Shown: positions 1-8,865 of the stretch, one piece after another
Numbering within the stretch: the first letter of the stretch is position 1
Layout: each line of letters begins with the position of its first letter
From: Candidatus Omnitrophota bacterium
GTDB taxonomy: Bacteria; Ratteibacteria; UBA8468; MWAK01
Length of the DNA: 20,976 nt
Reading direction: 5' to 3'
Assembly: GCA_043826355.1 (NCBI GenBank)
Contig: JBDRQI010000037.1
Coordinates: 1 to 20,976, forward strand
Translations under genes and position numbers: made by a program
The notes under the pieces: generated by a model
Databases searched by the model: none
Told to the model about the DNA's origin: nothing
Seen by the model: only the letters and a program-made list of their open reading frames with translations

Positions 1-767
1 GCATAATATGAACAGTGATAAGTTGGACCTGATGCGCAACAAAGAATAACACCGGAACCTGGCCTTCCAGATTTTCCGCCATAATCCAGATGAACATAAG
101 CCAAAGGTTTTTGTCCCATAGCCTCAACAGACTCAACACCGGAACCAAAAAGATGCTGGGCCAGGCTGATGGCATGAATATGCCCAGCCATCACATCCCC
201 GCCTCCTTTAATAATCCCAAATTCAAGGTCGCCAAGTTCCGCAAAACGGTTACGAAAACATTTGGCATGGGGAAGCACTCTCAGCATAGAAAGGGACATT
301 ATTGGTGTTTTATATTCTTCGGCCGTACTTACTAATTTTCGGGCATCTTTAACATTATAAGCAAAAGGTTTGTCTATGAATGTAGGAACTCCTTTTTTTA
401 TCCCCGGTGTAGCCAATTTTAGTTTTTCTGAGCCATCGCCGCTACAATCAGCAATAAAAACCAAATCAACATCATCAGATACTTCTTCAAAGGTATCGCA
501 GACTTTTGCATTTGGACCTAAAATTCGGGCAAGTGCTTCCGCCTGTTTGGAGTTTGCGTCCCAAACTTTGACCAACTGAAAACCGCTGACGGTTGGAACG
601 GTGATTTTCCGCGGGTCGTTGTAGTTCAAGTAGAAATAGAAGTAAGCCGCATATCCTCTGCCCAAAGTATCTTCCCGCAGGGCAATTGGATCGTGTTTAA
701 ACATCAAGGCGCCGTAGTAAAATGCGTGCAGGTCACAATTGATTATTCCAACCCTAAACATATTCAT
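1..767 (-). CDS. Gfo/Idh/MocA-family oxidoreductase, 3' end beyond the window edge; paralogue of 789..1850
   Basis: Not in the ORF track. Translated by hand from ATG 767 after the SD-like AAAGGGG: MNMFRVGIINCDLHAFYYG...FQLVKVWD...DLVFIADCSGDGSEKLKLATPGIKKGVPTFIDKPFA...HIHAISLAQHLFGSGVE, open to base 1. Colinear with the adjacent gene. Confidence 0.85.
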   Translation of the reverse strand, partial: MNMFRVGIINCDLHAFYYGALMFKHDPIALREDTLGRGYAAYFYFYLNYNDPRKITVPTVSGFQLVKVWDANSKQAEALARILGPNAKVCDTFEEVSDDVDLVFIADCSGDGSEKLKLATPGIKKGVPTFIDKPFAYNVKDARKLVSTAEEYKTPIMSLSMLRVLPHAKCFRNRFAELGDLEFGIIKGGGDVMAGHIHAISLAQHLFGSGVESVEAMGQKPLAYVHLDYGGKSGRPGSGVILCCASGPTYHCSYY

Positions 768-788
768 TTCCCCTTTCGTTAATATTAC

Positions 789-1850
789 TTATTCTTCCCA
801 GATATCTTTAAGGTAGACCCGGCTACCCTTCTTCTGGGCCAGGATTCCGGCTTCAATAACCGCGATGTGCTCAAGAAAGTTTCGATAAGGAACTGGCGGC
901 TTGCCAGTCAGGACCATCTCTTTGAAAACCCTTAGTATCTTTTCGCCACCGCCAATAAACTCCGGGTCGCCGATAGGGTTGGAATGAACTGCTCCGTACT
1001 TGCCGTAAACAGAAGCAAAGAAACTGCAGGCTTCCGGAAAAATCTCGGTTGAGGTATTAATAATAATGACCTCCATCCCGCTTTTCAGGTGGAGGTGTAT
1101 GTATTCCAGCGGTTTTTCACCCATCACTTCAATCCATTCCACGCCGGTACCGAAGAGGTTGAGCGCCAGGGCAATACCGTGAATCAAGTATGCCATCCGC
1201 TCCGAAAGTCCGCCGGTGACAGCCGTGCCGGCCGACTCCTGGGAAAAGGCACCGCCTACGCCTTTGATGACGCCCAGCCCGAGCGGCAGTCGGGGTTGGT
1301 CTGCCGGAACCGGATAATAGACGTGTTTGATTTCAGCAAATCTTTGTTTGAAATAATCCGCCGCCGGTACATAGCTTAGAATGGAAGCGTTAAAGAGCGG
1401 GGCTTTGTGTTTTTCGGCCAGTTTCACGAGCGCCTGAGCGTCTTTGAAAGTAGCGGCAAACGGCTTGTCAACAAAAATCGGGATTCCTTTTTTTAAGAAA
1501 GGGGTGGCCAGTTTTAAATGGTCGGAGCCATCCCGCTCGCCGTTTGAGATAAAGATAGCGTCTACCCCTTCGGTCATTTCTTCCAGCCGCTCGCAAACAC
1601 GGGGTTTATTCCGGAATACCTCGGCAAAGGTCTTTGCCCGCTGTTGATCATAATCCCAGACTTTGACCAGGTCGAAACCCGGGACCTTGGGTATCGTAAG
1701 CTTTTTGGGGTTGTAGATGTTGCTGGCATAGTGGTGGACAATGTAATATTTCTCAAGAAGAAGCATCGGGTCGCAAGCAGCAAGCATTACCCCGTAATAA
1801 TAGCCGTGAATATCACTGCACCGAACCAAACCCAAACGGATTTTCTTCAT
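789..1850 (-). CDS. Gfo/Idh/MocA-family NAD(P)-dependent oxidoreductase (DKP-motif subgroup)
   Basis: VKVWD...EEMTEGVDAIFI...HLKLATPFLKKGIPIFVDKPFA matches the family N-terminal domain, with DKP in place of EKP. GGGGAGG SD upstream. Confidence 0.8.
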   Translation of the reverse strand: MKKIRLGLVRCSDIHGYYYGVMLAACDPMLLLEKYYIVHHYASNIYNPKKLTIPKVPGFDLVKVWDYDQQRAKTFAEVFRNKPRVCERLEEMTEGVDAIFISNGERDGSDHLKLATPFLKKGIPIFVDKPFAATFKDAQALVKLAEKHKAPLFNASILSYVPAADYFKQRFAEIKHVYYPVPADQPRLPLGLGVIKGVGGAFSQESAGTAVTGGLSERMAYLIHGIALALNLFGTGVEWIEVMGEKPLEYIHLHLKSGMEVIIINTSTEIFPEACSFFASVYGKYGAVHSNPIGDPEFIGGGEKILRVFKEMVLTGKPPVPYRNFLEHIAVIEAGILAQKKGSRVYLKDIWEE

Positions 1851-1873
1851 TTTTACGGTCCTCCCCGTAAAAT

Positions 1874-2437
1874 TTAAATCTTTTGGGAAAATTTCCGGGC
1901 CGCCTGCTTGATGTCAGGCCTCAAAATATCTTTGGCGGTCAGGATATTGGCGGCAACAAGATGACCAATATTTTTCATTCTGCGGAACTCGGATAGGCGG
2001 CGGTATGCCTCAACAACCAGGTCTGCCCCGTCAAATTCATCGCCGGCCGCCGTTACGACCAAACCGCATCTTTTGCCCTCTAATAACGAAGTGTAACTAC
2101 CGTCACCGGCAAATTTTTCCATACAATAGGTACGGTCAAGAAACGCCTTAATCTGGCCGGAAAATGACCAGCAGAAAACTGGCGTGGCAATGAATATGCA
2201 ATCGGCGCTAAGCATCTTCTGATATAATTCCTGCATGTCGTCCTTGATGGAACAACCCGGCTTGTCCATAACCTTCTGGCAGGCAAAACATTCAAGGCAA
2301 CCGGATATTTTCTTGCCCTGAAGTTGGACCAATTCTGTTTTGTGCCCAAGGTTTCTTGCCTGTTTTAATACCCGGTCCAACAAATAGTAGGTGTTTCCCT
2401 TTTTCCTCGGACTGCCCAGAAAAGCGCAGATTTTCAT
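1874..2437 (-). CDS. Flavodoxin-fold iron-sulfur flavoprotein (Isf / NADPH-dependent FMN reductase family)
   Basis: GSPRKKGNT FMN-phosphate loop, CxxCxxC-x8-C cluster motif, CSIKDDM, ATPVF...KAFLDR. GAGGT SD upstream. Confidence 0.9.
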   Translation of the reverse strand: MKICAFLGSPRKKGNTYYLLDRVLKQARNLGHKTELVQLQGKKISGCLECFACQKVMDKPGCSIKDDMQELYQKMLSADCIFIATPVFCWSFSGQIKAFLDRTYCMEKFAGDGSYTSLLEGKRCGLVVTAAGDEFDGADLVVEAYRRLSEFRRMKNIGHLVAANILTAKDILRPDIKQAARKFSQKI

Positions 2438-2451
2438 CAGATTACCTCACA

Positions 2452-3147
2452 TTATCCGGTAAATTGCAGTTCAAGCCAATCTTCGTAATGGTGGAAATCA
2501 ACCTTTGCGAGCGGAGCGCAGGAAGATAGTTCCACCCCTTTCGGCAAGTAGACGGAATAGTCATAGCGGGACAAGTGAAAGAGCCAAACATCATTCTCGA
2601 CGGGAACCTTTCCTTTCATGGTCGGCAGAGCGGCAAAGGGGATGGCTAATTCCATCTGCCAGTATTCGTCAACATCCTCCCAGTTATTCAGGGTTCCCTG
2701 AATCTTCACGGCAACTTTAAGACCCCGGCAATTCCACCTGCTCCAACGGTGGTGGTCTCCGCCGCCGGCGCCCCGCTTGATGTTGAACGCATCATATACC
2801 GTGCCGAGCGCGTTGATTTCGAAATTATAATAAGGTTTCTGATTCACGTCGGTCTTAAGGAAAACTTCCAGTACGTCTTCGTCACAGGTCTGAGCGTCTC
2901 TTTCGGTGTAATACCCCCAGATATCCTTGTCGTACGCTTTAAATCCAACATAGAGATACTCCCGGTCCCACATAACCTTTCCTTCTGTCTTGCTCTCCGG
3001 TTTTGCTCCGGTAACCGGGATGAAAAAATCCAGTACCGCTGCCTTTTGCCAGGCGGACTCGTTAAGTTCACCGTCTACGTTAATCGGCTCCGGCGCGTAC
3101 CGGCAAAGATAAGGTTTTAAACCGTACTGAGAATCTTTTTTCTTCAT
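2452..3147 (-). CDS. Carbohydrate-binding family 9-like (DOMON-like) protein with no signal peptide
   Basis: PINVDGELNESAWQKA, KVMWDREYLYVGF, EDVLEVFL, YYNFEINALG, WQMELAIPF. Start placed at ATG 3147; TTG 3159 is the alternative. Confidence 0.8.
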   Translation of the reverse strand: MKKKDSQYGLKPYLCRYAPEPINVDGELNESAWQKAAVLDFFIPVTGAKPESKTEGKVMWDREYLYVGFKAYDKDIWGYYTERDAQTCDEDVLEVFLKTDVNQKPYYNFEINALGTVYDAFNIKRGAGGGDHHRWSRWNCRGLKVAVKIQGTLNNWEDVDEYWQMELAIPFAALPTMKGKVPVENDVWLFHLSRYDYSVYLPKGVELSSCAPLAKVDFHHYEDWLELQFTG

Positions 3148-3175
3148 GAGCACCGGCAAATTTAGAATATCAAGA

Positions 3176-4642
3176 TTAAAGTCTCAGGAGTTCTTTTTTG
3201 GCCCTGGTCAGCATCTTTTCCAATTCTTTTATCTTCTCCGCCGGCCATTCCGGCGGCTGATAACGATTGAGGTTGTCCCGCCAGGACTGCTCGCATTTGT
3301 CAAGAAGACTTCTTTCATCAACCGTTTTGAAATCAAAAATTCCGGAAGACCAGAGTTTTCGAAAATTGGCCAGCGTGTGTTCGTGGCTCAAGAATTCTTT
3401 ATTTTCTCCGGTTACGGTGCAGATTTCCTGGAAAGGCAGTTGGTTTTCGTCAACGGAAATCCTGTCCTTGAGGCTAAACTGCGCTTTCCTGATTTCCATG
3501 TCAAGCATAAACTGGGTGGGTGAGCCGATACCGCCGTCTCCCAAGGTACCCATGCCCGGATAAGGAATTTCGGGTCTGTTAAGAATTTTGGCGGTACGCC
3601 AGGCACCGAAGAAATTTTCAAAGACTGCGGTAAGTCCCGGTTCTTTGGTAGAAGGACTGATAAGAACCTCCACCCAGCAGTGTCCACCCCAAAATGCGTC
3701 GAAAAGTTCCCTGACAGCAAGGTTGACTTCGGCTACCTCTGGACCGGTGCAGACAGAGTTTCCGGTACGCATATCCACAACCATAGAAATCATCCGGCTG
3801 CTGAGGTCAGAATCCGGGTCAAGCAAAAAACAGGCAGCCATGCCGCCCAAAAGTTCGGCAGCGCCCATCACCACCGAACCGGCAATGGTGACCGGAGTAG
3901 CCACGCCGATGGTGGGCATAGAGGCGATGTGGTATCTTTTAATGCCGCACCTTGACCTCTCCAGAATATCCTCTGCAGAACGCTTTTCCAGGATTAACGG
4001 GGAAGTGATGCATTCGGAGCCAGCCAGGTAACTTGAATTACCGGGTATTCCGGTGATTATTTCGCTGGCTTCTTTCAGGTATTTGATTACATTCGGATAG
4101 ATGGCTTCTATCCCGTCAAGTTTGTCCGTGTATTTAAGCCCGAGCACAAGCGAATCAAGGCGCTCCATCTGGGGCGGCACGTCCTGGCGGTACCAGGTGC
4201 TGATGTAACCGATTTCCGGGGTTGCCTGGGCGAACTTTTTTATTTGGGTAAATATCCCGGTATCAACCGGAACCCTTTTCTTCTGGCGATAGTCATAACA
4301 GATGGTTGGTCCGCAGTCAAAAGCGGACATCAAAAACTCATTCTTTAATTTTTTTTTGATGGTTTCCTGCTGTCCGTTCCAGATGATGTGGTGCGCCCAG
4401 TCTATTCCGCAAAAATAATGGAGATTTTGATCTTCGTTATCTTTTTTTTGGATCTTTTTCTGATAGTCGGACATTTCCGCGATAATTTCCGCGGGTATTC
4501 TAACCCGGCCGGTAGCCGCTTCCTGACAGCCCTTCTTCAGCATCACCGATTTTAGTTCGCCGCTTTCAATCTTGATTCCTGTGTTCCAAAGCAGCTCTTC
4601 GGTTTTTTCTTTCAGAATGTTCTTATCATACAAACTCATCAT
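3176..4642 (-). CDS. Trimethylamine methyltransferase (MttB) superfamily protein, non-pyrrolysine type
   Basis: GRVRIP, TSPL, ATPVTIAGSVVMGAAELLGG, DMRTG..GPE, GMGTL...SPTQFMLDMEI and FLSHEHTL..FR are MttB-family segments. No in-frame TAG. GGAG SD upstream. Confidence 0.85.
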   Translation of the reverse strand: MMSLYDKNILKEKTEELLWNTGIKIESGELKSVMLKKGCQEAATGRVRIPAEIIAEMSDYQKKIQKKDNEDQNLHYFCGIDWAHHIIWNGQQETIKKKLKNEFLMSAFDCGPTICYDYRQKKRVPVDTGIFTQIKKFAQATPEIGYISTWYRQDVPPQMERLDSLVLGLKYTDKLDGIEAIYPNVIKYLKEASEIITGIPGNSSYLAGSECITSPLILEKRSAEDILERSRCGIKRYHIASMPTIGVATPVTIAGSVVMGAAELLGGMAACFLLDPDSDLSSRMISMVVDMRTGNSVCTGPEVAEVNLAVRELFDAFWGGHCWVEVLISPSTKEPGLTAVFENFFGAWRTAKILNRPEIPYPGMGTLGDGGIGSPTQFMLDMEIRKAQFSLKDRISVDENQLPFQEICTVTGENKEFLSHEHTLANFRKLWSSGIFDFKTVDERSLLDKCEQSWRDNLNRYQPPEWPAEKIKELEKMLTRAKKELLRL

Positions 4643-4675
4643 GTTTTTATCTCCCGATTTAATGAAACATGTCCA

Positions 4676-5884
4676 TTAATGCAACAAGGTAAACAGCTCC
4701 TGGTAGGCGAAGGCAGCGGCCCCCACCAAAACGGCGTCCTCGCCCAATACGCCCTTTATAACATCCACTTTTCTCAAGCCTTCTCCAAGGACTGCTTTTT
4801 GAAATGATTCCTGGATAGTTTTTAAAAAAATACCGGTATCTTCTTCCGATACGTAGCCGGTCAGCACAACTAATTCCGGATCTGTATAATTGACCACGCT
4901 GGCTATAGCTATCCCTAAATGATACCCTGCATTTTGCACGATTTTGCGAGCAACTTGGTCTCCTTCTTCTGCTGCTTGAAAAATCTTCCTGATAGCTTGC
5001 CTATCACTTAACCTGTCCATATTTTCAAGATCAAAATTGCTCTTCTCTCGCGCTGTTAATTCCTTAGCCATTTTCAAAATAGCAGAACCGGAAGCAATTG
5101 CTTCCAAACATCCGGTTTTGCCGCAATCGCAAAGAGGTCCGTCGCCAAATGTAATTGTATGCCCTATTTCACCCTCCATCTGATGAGATCCATGGTAAAT
5201 TTTCCTATCGGAGACTATGGCTGAACCAATGCCCGCATCAATATCCACACAAACCATGTTATTTACGTTTTTGCCCGCGCCAAACCAATATTCTCCTGAT
5301 GCCATTGCTCGACCGTCACTTTCCACTAAGGTCCGCAAGTTCAGCATCTCTTCAAAGATATTTTTCACCGGGATATCACGCCACCCAAAGTGTAGCGAAA
5401 AAACCAATGATCCGGTATCCGCATTCACCAACCCTTCAAAACTGATACAAATGGCGATAATTTTGTCTCTGGGGATTGAAGATTCGGAAGTAAGAACTTC
5501 TATCTTGTCCTTGATGTTGTTAAAAACATTTTCTTCGCCTCTTTCCGGCTGGGTGGGAAAGAAAATCTTTTTCAGGATGTTTCCGGCTAAATCTAAAATC
5601 GCCACCCTTGTTTCGATGGCAAAAATTGCAACGCTGATTACATATTTTGCTTTAGAATTAAAACAAAAAACCATCGGTTTTCTACCACCGTTAGAATTAC
5701 CTCGCCCTAAATTTTTGATGAAGCCTTCCTTTTTCAGTTGTCTGGTGATGTTTGCTACAGTTCCAATGCTTAAACCGCTTTTTTTAAAGATTTCAATCTG
5801 AGAGGTTGTTTCTTGTTCTCTAATCAAGCCGAGAATGAGTTTTGTGTTCCATTCCCGCATTAATGCACGGTTACCGGTACGCAT
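4676..5884 (-). CDS. ROK-family transcriptional repressor (NagC/XylR-like)
   Basis: N-terminal winged HTH (SQIEIFKKSGLSIGTVANITRQLKKEG), GGRKP linker, GEIGH and the CDCGKTGCLE zinc motif. Confidence 0.95.
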   Translation of the reverse strand: MRTGNRALMREWNTKLILGLIREQETTSQIEIFKKSGLSIGTVANITRQLKKEGFIKNLGRGNSNGGRKPMVFCFNSKAKYVISVAIFAIETRVAILDLAGNILKKIFFPTQPERGEENVFNNIKDKIEVLTSESSIPRDKIIAICISFEGLVNADTGSLVFSLHFGWRDIPVKNIFEEMLNLRTLVESDGRAMASGEYWFGAGKNVNNMVCVDIDAGIGSAIVSDRKIYHGSHQMEGEIGHTITFGDGPLCDCGKTGCLEAIASGSAILKMAKELTAREKSNFDLENMDRLSDRQAIRKIFQAAEEGDQVARKIVQNAGYHLGIAIASVVNYTDPELVVLTGYVSEEDTGIFLKTIQESFQKAVLGEGLRKVDVIKGVLGEDAVLVGAAAFAYQELFTLLH

Positions 5885-5915
5885 TGTCTTTTTCTCAATT
5901 ATAAAATATTGCTAC

Positions 5916-5948
5916 TTATTTCATTGAATTTTATTTTAAATGAAATAA
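5916..5948. promoter_or_regulatory. Inverted repeat, candidate ROK operator
   Basis: TTATTTCATT-N13-AATGAAATAA, perfect 10-bp arms, just downstream of the predicted -10 box. Confidence 0.55.
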
Positions 5949-5956
5949 CTATTTAT

Positions 5957-5985
5957 AAAATACCCTGAAATCAAAAGTTTGTCAA
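5957..5985 (-). promoter_or_regulatory. Sigma70-type promoter for the ROK operon
   Basis: TTGACA (5985-5980), 17-nt spacer, TATTTT (5962-5957). Confidence 0.65.
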
Positions 5986-5996
5986 ATTTACGAAAT

Positions 5997-6026
5997 GCCC
6001 GTCTGGCGGTCTTTTAACAGACGGGC
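5997..6026. repeat. GC-rich hairpin; REP-like repeat and/or ppdK terminator
   Basis: GCCCGTCTG-N12-CAGACGGGC, perfect 9-bp stem; only a weak U tract (ATTTCG) on the minus strand. Confidence 0.55.
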
Positions 6027-6030
6027 GAAC

Positions 6031-6062
6031 GAGATTGGCGCGCGAAATACGCTCGCAATGAC
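6031..6062 (-). repeat. GTCATTGCGAG...CAATCTC palindromic repeat (CGTC-tagged/RPE-like type)
   Basis: The minus strand reads GTCATTGCGAGCGTATTTCGCGCGCCAATCTC. Confidence 0.65.
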
Positions 6063-6069
6063 ACAATGT

Positions 6070-6103
6070 CCCCTTCCCTCGCCCCTCCCGCCGGGGAAGG
6101 GGA
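6070..6103 (+). repeat. CCCCTC/GGGGAG-type palindromic repeat, degenerate
   Basis: CCCCTTCCCTCGCCCCTCCCGCCGGGGAAGGGGA has the same pyrimidine leader plus hairpin layout as 17366..17404 and 18139..18185. Confidence 0.65.
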
Positions 6104-6114
6104 AGTTGGAAAAA

Positions 6115-8832
6115 TCATTTCTTGTCGGAGATGGCGGCCTGGGCTGCAGCCAACGAAGCAACCGGCACGCGGAAAGGCGAACAACTCACGTAATTCATTC
6201 CCACCCGGTGACAGAACTTTACCGATTCCGGTTCGCCGCCGTGTTCGCCGCAGATACCTATCTTCAGGTTGGGACGGGTCGCCCGACCCCTCTTGATTCC
6301 AATCTCAACCAACTGGCCGATTCCCTCCTGGTCGATAACCTGGAACGGGTCCGCAGACAGGATATTCTTTTTCAGGTAATCCGGCACGAAACCGCCGATG
6401 TCGTCGCGGGAGAAACCGAATCCCATCTGGGTAAGGTCATTGGTGCCGAATGAGAAGAACTCCGCGCTCTGCGCAATCTTGTCCGCGGTCAGGCAGGCGC
6501 GCGGGATTTCAATCATGGTGCCGTACAGGTATTCAATTTTGGATACGCTGTACTTAGCGCGGACTTCCCGGTAAACCTTATCAACTATCTTCTTCTGGTC
6601 ATCAAGTTCCGCGGACAGGCCGACCACCGGAACCATAATCTCCGGGATAACCTTTTTACCTTCTTTGAGCAGTTCAACCGCGGACTCCAGGATAGCCCGC
6701 ACCTGCATCTCGGTAACTTCTGGATAGGTAACCCCCAGCCGTACCCCGCGGTGGCCCATCATCGGATTTGATTCGTGCAGTCCGCCAACCCGCTTCTTAA
6801 ACTTGGCCATTGAAATACCCAGACTCTTCGCCAATTTTACCTGTTCGTCTTTCTGTTTAGGCACAAACTCGTGCAGGGGCGGGTCCAGCAAACGGATGGT
6901 AACCGGCAAACCGTTCATCACCGCAAGCGTCGCCTTGATGTCCTTCTTGACGTACGGGTACAACTCATCTAAAGCCGCTCTCCGCTCCGCCTCGGTCTTG
7001 GAGATTATCATCTTGCGCAGCCGGAAGAGAGGTTCTTCCGAATTCTTACCGTAGAACATATGCTCGGTTCGGAAAAGTCCGATGCCTTCCGCGCCGAATT
7101 CCAGCGCCTTCCTGGCATCATCCGGCGTATCCGCATTGGCGCGTACGCCCAACTTGCGGAATCCGTTTGCCAGGTGCATGAACTTTACGAACCTTGGATT
7201 TTCCGTGGCATCCACCATCGGTAATTGACCGACGTAAACGTAACCCCTGGTGCCGTTAAGGGTCAGGTAGTCGCCTTCCTTGAACTTCTTGCCTTCAACC
7301 GTCATAGTCTTTGAAGTCACATCTATATGGATGGCCGCGCAACCGACAATGCAGCATTTGCCCCAGCCCCGCGCAACCAGAGCCGCATGACTGGTCATAC
7401 CGCCTCTGCCGGTCAGGATTCCCTGGGCGGCCCGCATCCCCTCCACGTCCTCCGGATTGGTCTCTTCCCTTATCAAAAGTACATTCTTGCCTTCCTTAGC
7501 CCACGCAACCGCGTCGTTTGCCGTAAAGACGATCTGGCCGCAGGCGCCACCCGGCCCGGCCGGAAGCCCCTTCGCCAGAATTTCGGCTTTCTTCTCCGCA
7601 GACGGGTCAACAATCGGGTGCAAAAGTTCGTCAATCTGTTCCGGGGCAAGCCGCATAACCGCTTCTTCCTTATTAATGAGGCATTCGTCAATCATATCCA
7701 TCGCCATGTTCAGGGCGGCGGTCCCGGTCCTCTTGCCGATGCGGCACTGCAGCATCCAGAGTTTGCCTTCCTGAATGGTAAATTCAATATCCTGCATATC
7801 CCTGAAATGTTTCTCCAGTTTCAAACGAATCGTATCCAGTTCCCGGTAAACTTGCGGCATCGCTTTTTCCAGGGACAGCAGGTGCTTGTTCTGCTCGTTA
7901 TGGGTGGCTTCGTTCAGGGGATTAGGCGTCCGGGTGCCGGCGACCACATCTTCTCCCTGGGCGTTGGTCAGCCACTCACCGTAGAACCTGTTCTCGCCAG
8001 TCGCCGGATTGCGGGAGAATGCCACGCCGGTCGCCGAGGTTTCACCCATGTTTCCGAAGACCATAGATTGGACATTGACCGCAGTCCCCCATTCGTCCGG
8101 GATGCCTTCAATCCTCCGGTAGGATACCGCCCGCTTGCCGTTCCAGGAAGAAAAAACCGCCTTAATCCCGCCCAGCAACTGTTCCCAGGGGTCATCCGGA
8201 AACTCTTTGCCCAGCACGGCCTTTACCTTCTTTTTAAAACTCCGGCATAGTGTTTTCAGGTCGTCTTCAGTCAGGTCGGTGTCTAATTTATAACCCTTTT
8301 GCTTTTTTACCTTATCGTACATCTTCTGCAACTGCACCCGAATCCCTTTGCCTTCCTCCGGCTCTATGCCGGCGGCCTTCTCCATGACAACATCGGAATA
8401 CATCATAATCAGGCGTCGGTAGGCGTCGTAAACGAAGCGGGGGTTGTTGGTCTTCTTGATTAAACCGGAGATGGTGGCGGGACACAGGCCTACGTTCAGG
8501 ACCGTTTCCATCATTCCGGGCATCGACTTCCGAGCGCCGGAGCGCACCGAAACGAGAAGCGGGTTCCCGGAATCTCCAAACCGCTGGCTGCCCATCGCCT
8601 TTTCCGTCAGCGCCAAGTTTGCCTTAATCTCCTCCTCCAATCCCGGCGGAAAATTTTCCCGGTTCCGGTAAAAATGGGTGCAGACCTCGGTGGTAATGGT
8701 GAAGCCGGCCGGAACCGGGATTCCGACACTTACCATCTCCGCCAGCCCGGCTCCCTTCCCACCGAGCAGTTCTTTCATCTTGCCGTTTCCGTCCGCTTTC
8801 CCTTCTCCGAAAAAATAGATGTTCTTTGCCAT
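6115..8832 (-). CDS. ppdK: Pyruvate, phosphate dikinase
   Basis: LLGGKGAGLAEM, VSVRSGA, GGMTSHAA (phospho-His), GIGLFRTEHMF, SFGTNDL, GICGEHGG. Start moved to ATG 8832 (MAKNIY), which has a GGAGGAG SD; the track start at 8877 lies inside a repeat. Confidence 0.98.
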   Translation of the reverse strand: MAKNIYFFGEGKADGNGKMKELLGGKGAGLAEMVSVGIPVPAGFTITTEVCTHFYRNRENFPPGLEEEIKANLALTEKAMGSQRFGDSGNPLLVSVRSGARKSMPGMMETVLNVGLCPATISGLIKKTNNPRFVYDAYRRLIMMYSDVVMEKAAGIEPEEGKGIRVQLQKMYDKVKKQKGYKLDTDLTEDDLKTLCRSFKKKVKAVLGKEFPDDPWEQLLGGIKAVFSSWNGKRAVSYRRIEGIPDEWGTAVNVQSMVFGNMGETSATGVAFSRNPATGENRFYGEWLTNAQGEDVVAGTRTPNPLNEATHNEQNKHLLSLEKAMPQVYRELDTIRLKLEKHFRDMQDIEFTIQEGKLWMLQCRIGKRTGTAALNMAMDMIDECLINKEEAVMRLAPEQIDELLHPIVDPSAEKKAEILAKGLPAGPGGACGQIVFTANDAVAWAKEGKNVLLIREETNPEDVEGMRAAQGILTGRGGMTSHAALVARGWGKCCIVGCAAIHIDVTSKTMTVEGKKFKEGDYLTLNGTRGYVYVGQLPMVDATENPRFVKFMHLANGFRKLGVRANADTPDDARKALEFGAEGIGLFRTEHMFYGKNSEEPLFRLRKMIISKTEAERRAALDELYPYVKKDIKATLAVMNGLPVTIRLLDPPLHEFVPKQKDEQVKLAKSLGISMAKFKKRVGGLHESNPMMGHRGVRLGVTYPEVTEMQVRAILESAVELLKEGKKVIPEIMVPVVGLSAELDDQKKIVDKVYREVRAKYSVSKIEYLYGTMIEIPRACLTADKIAQSAEFFSFGTNDLTQMGFGFSRDDIGGFVPDYLKKNILSADPFQVIDQEGIGQLVEIGIKRGRATRPNLKIGICGEHGGEPESVKFCHRVGMNYVSCSPFRVPVASLAAAQAAISDKK

Positions 8833-8865
8833 TTGCGTTCTCCTCCAGGTTTGTAAGTAGTCCAG

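Noticed and set aside
3176..4642. Pyrrolysine readthrough in the MttB homologue
   Set aside because: The ORF is full length with no internal TAG.
5995..8856. Plus-strand ORFs opposite ppdK, such as 5995..6453 and 7327..8250
   Set aside because: Antisense shadows of a highly conserved gene with no recognisable motifs; 5995..6453 starts inside repeats.
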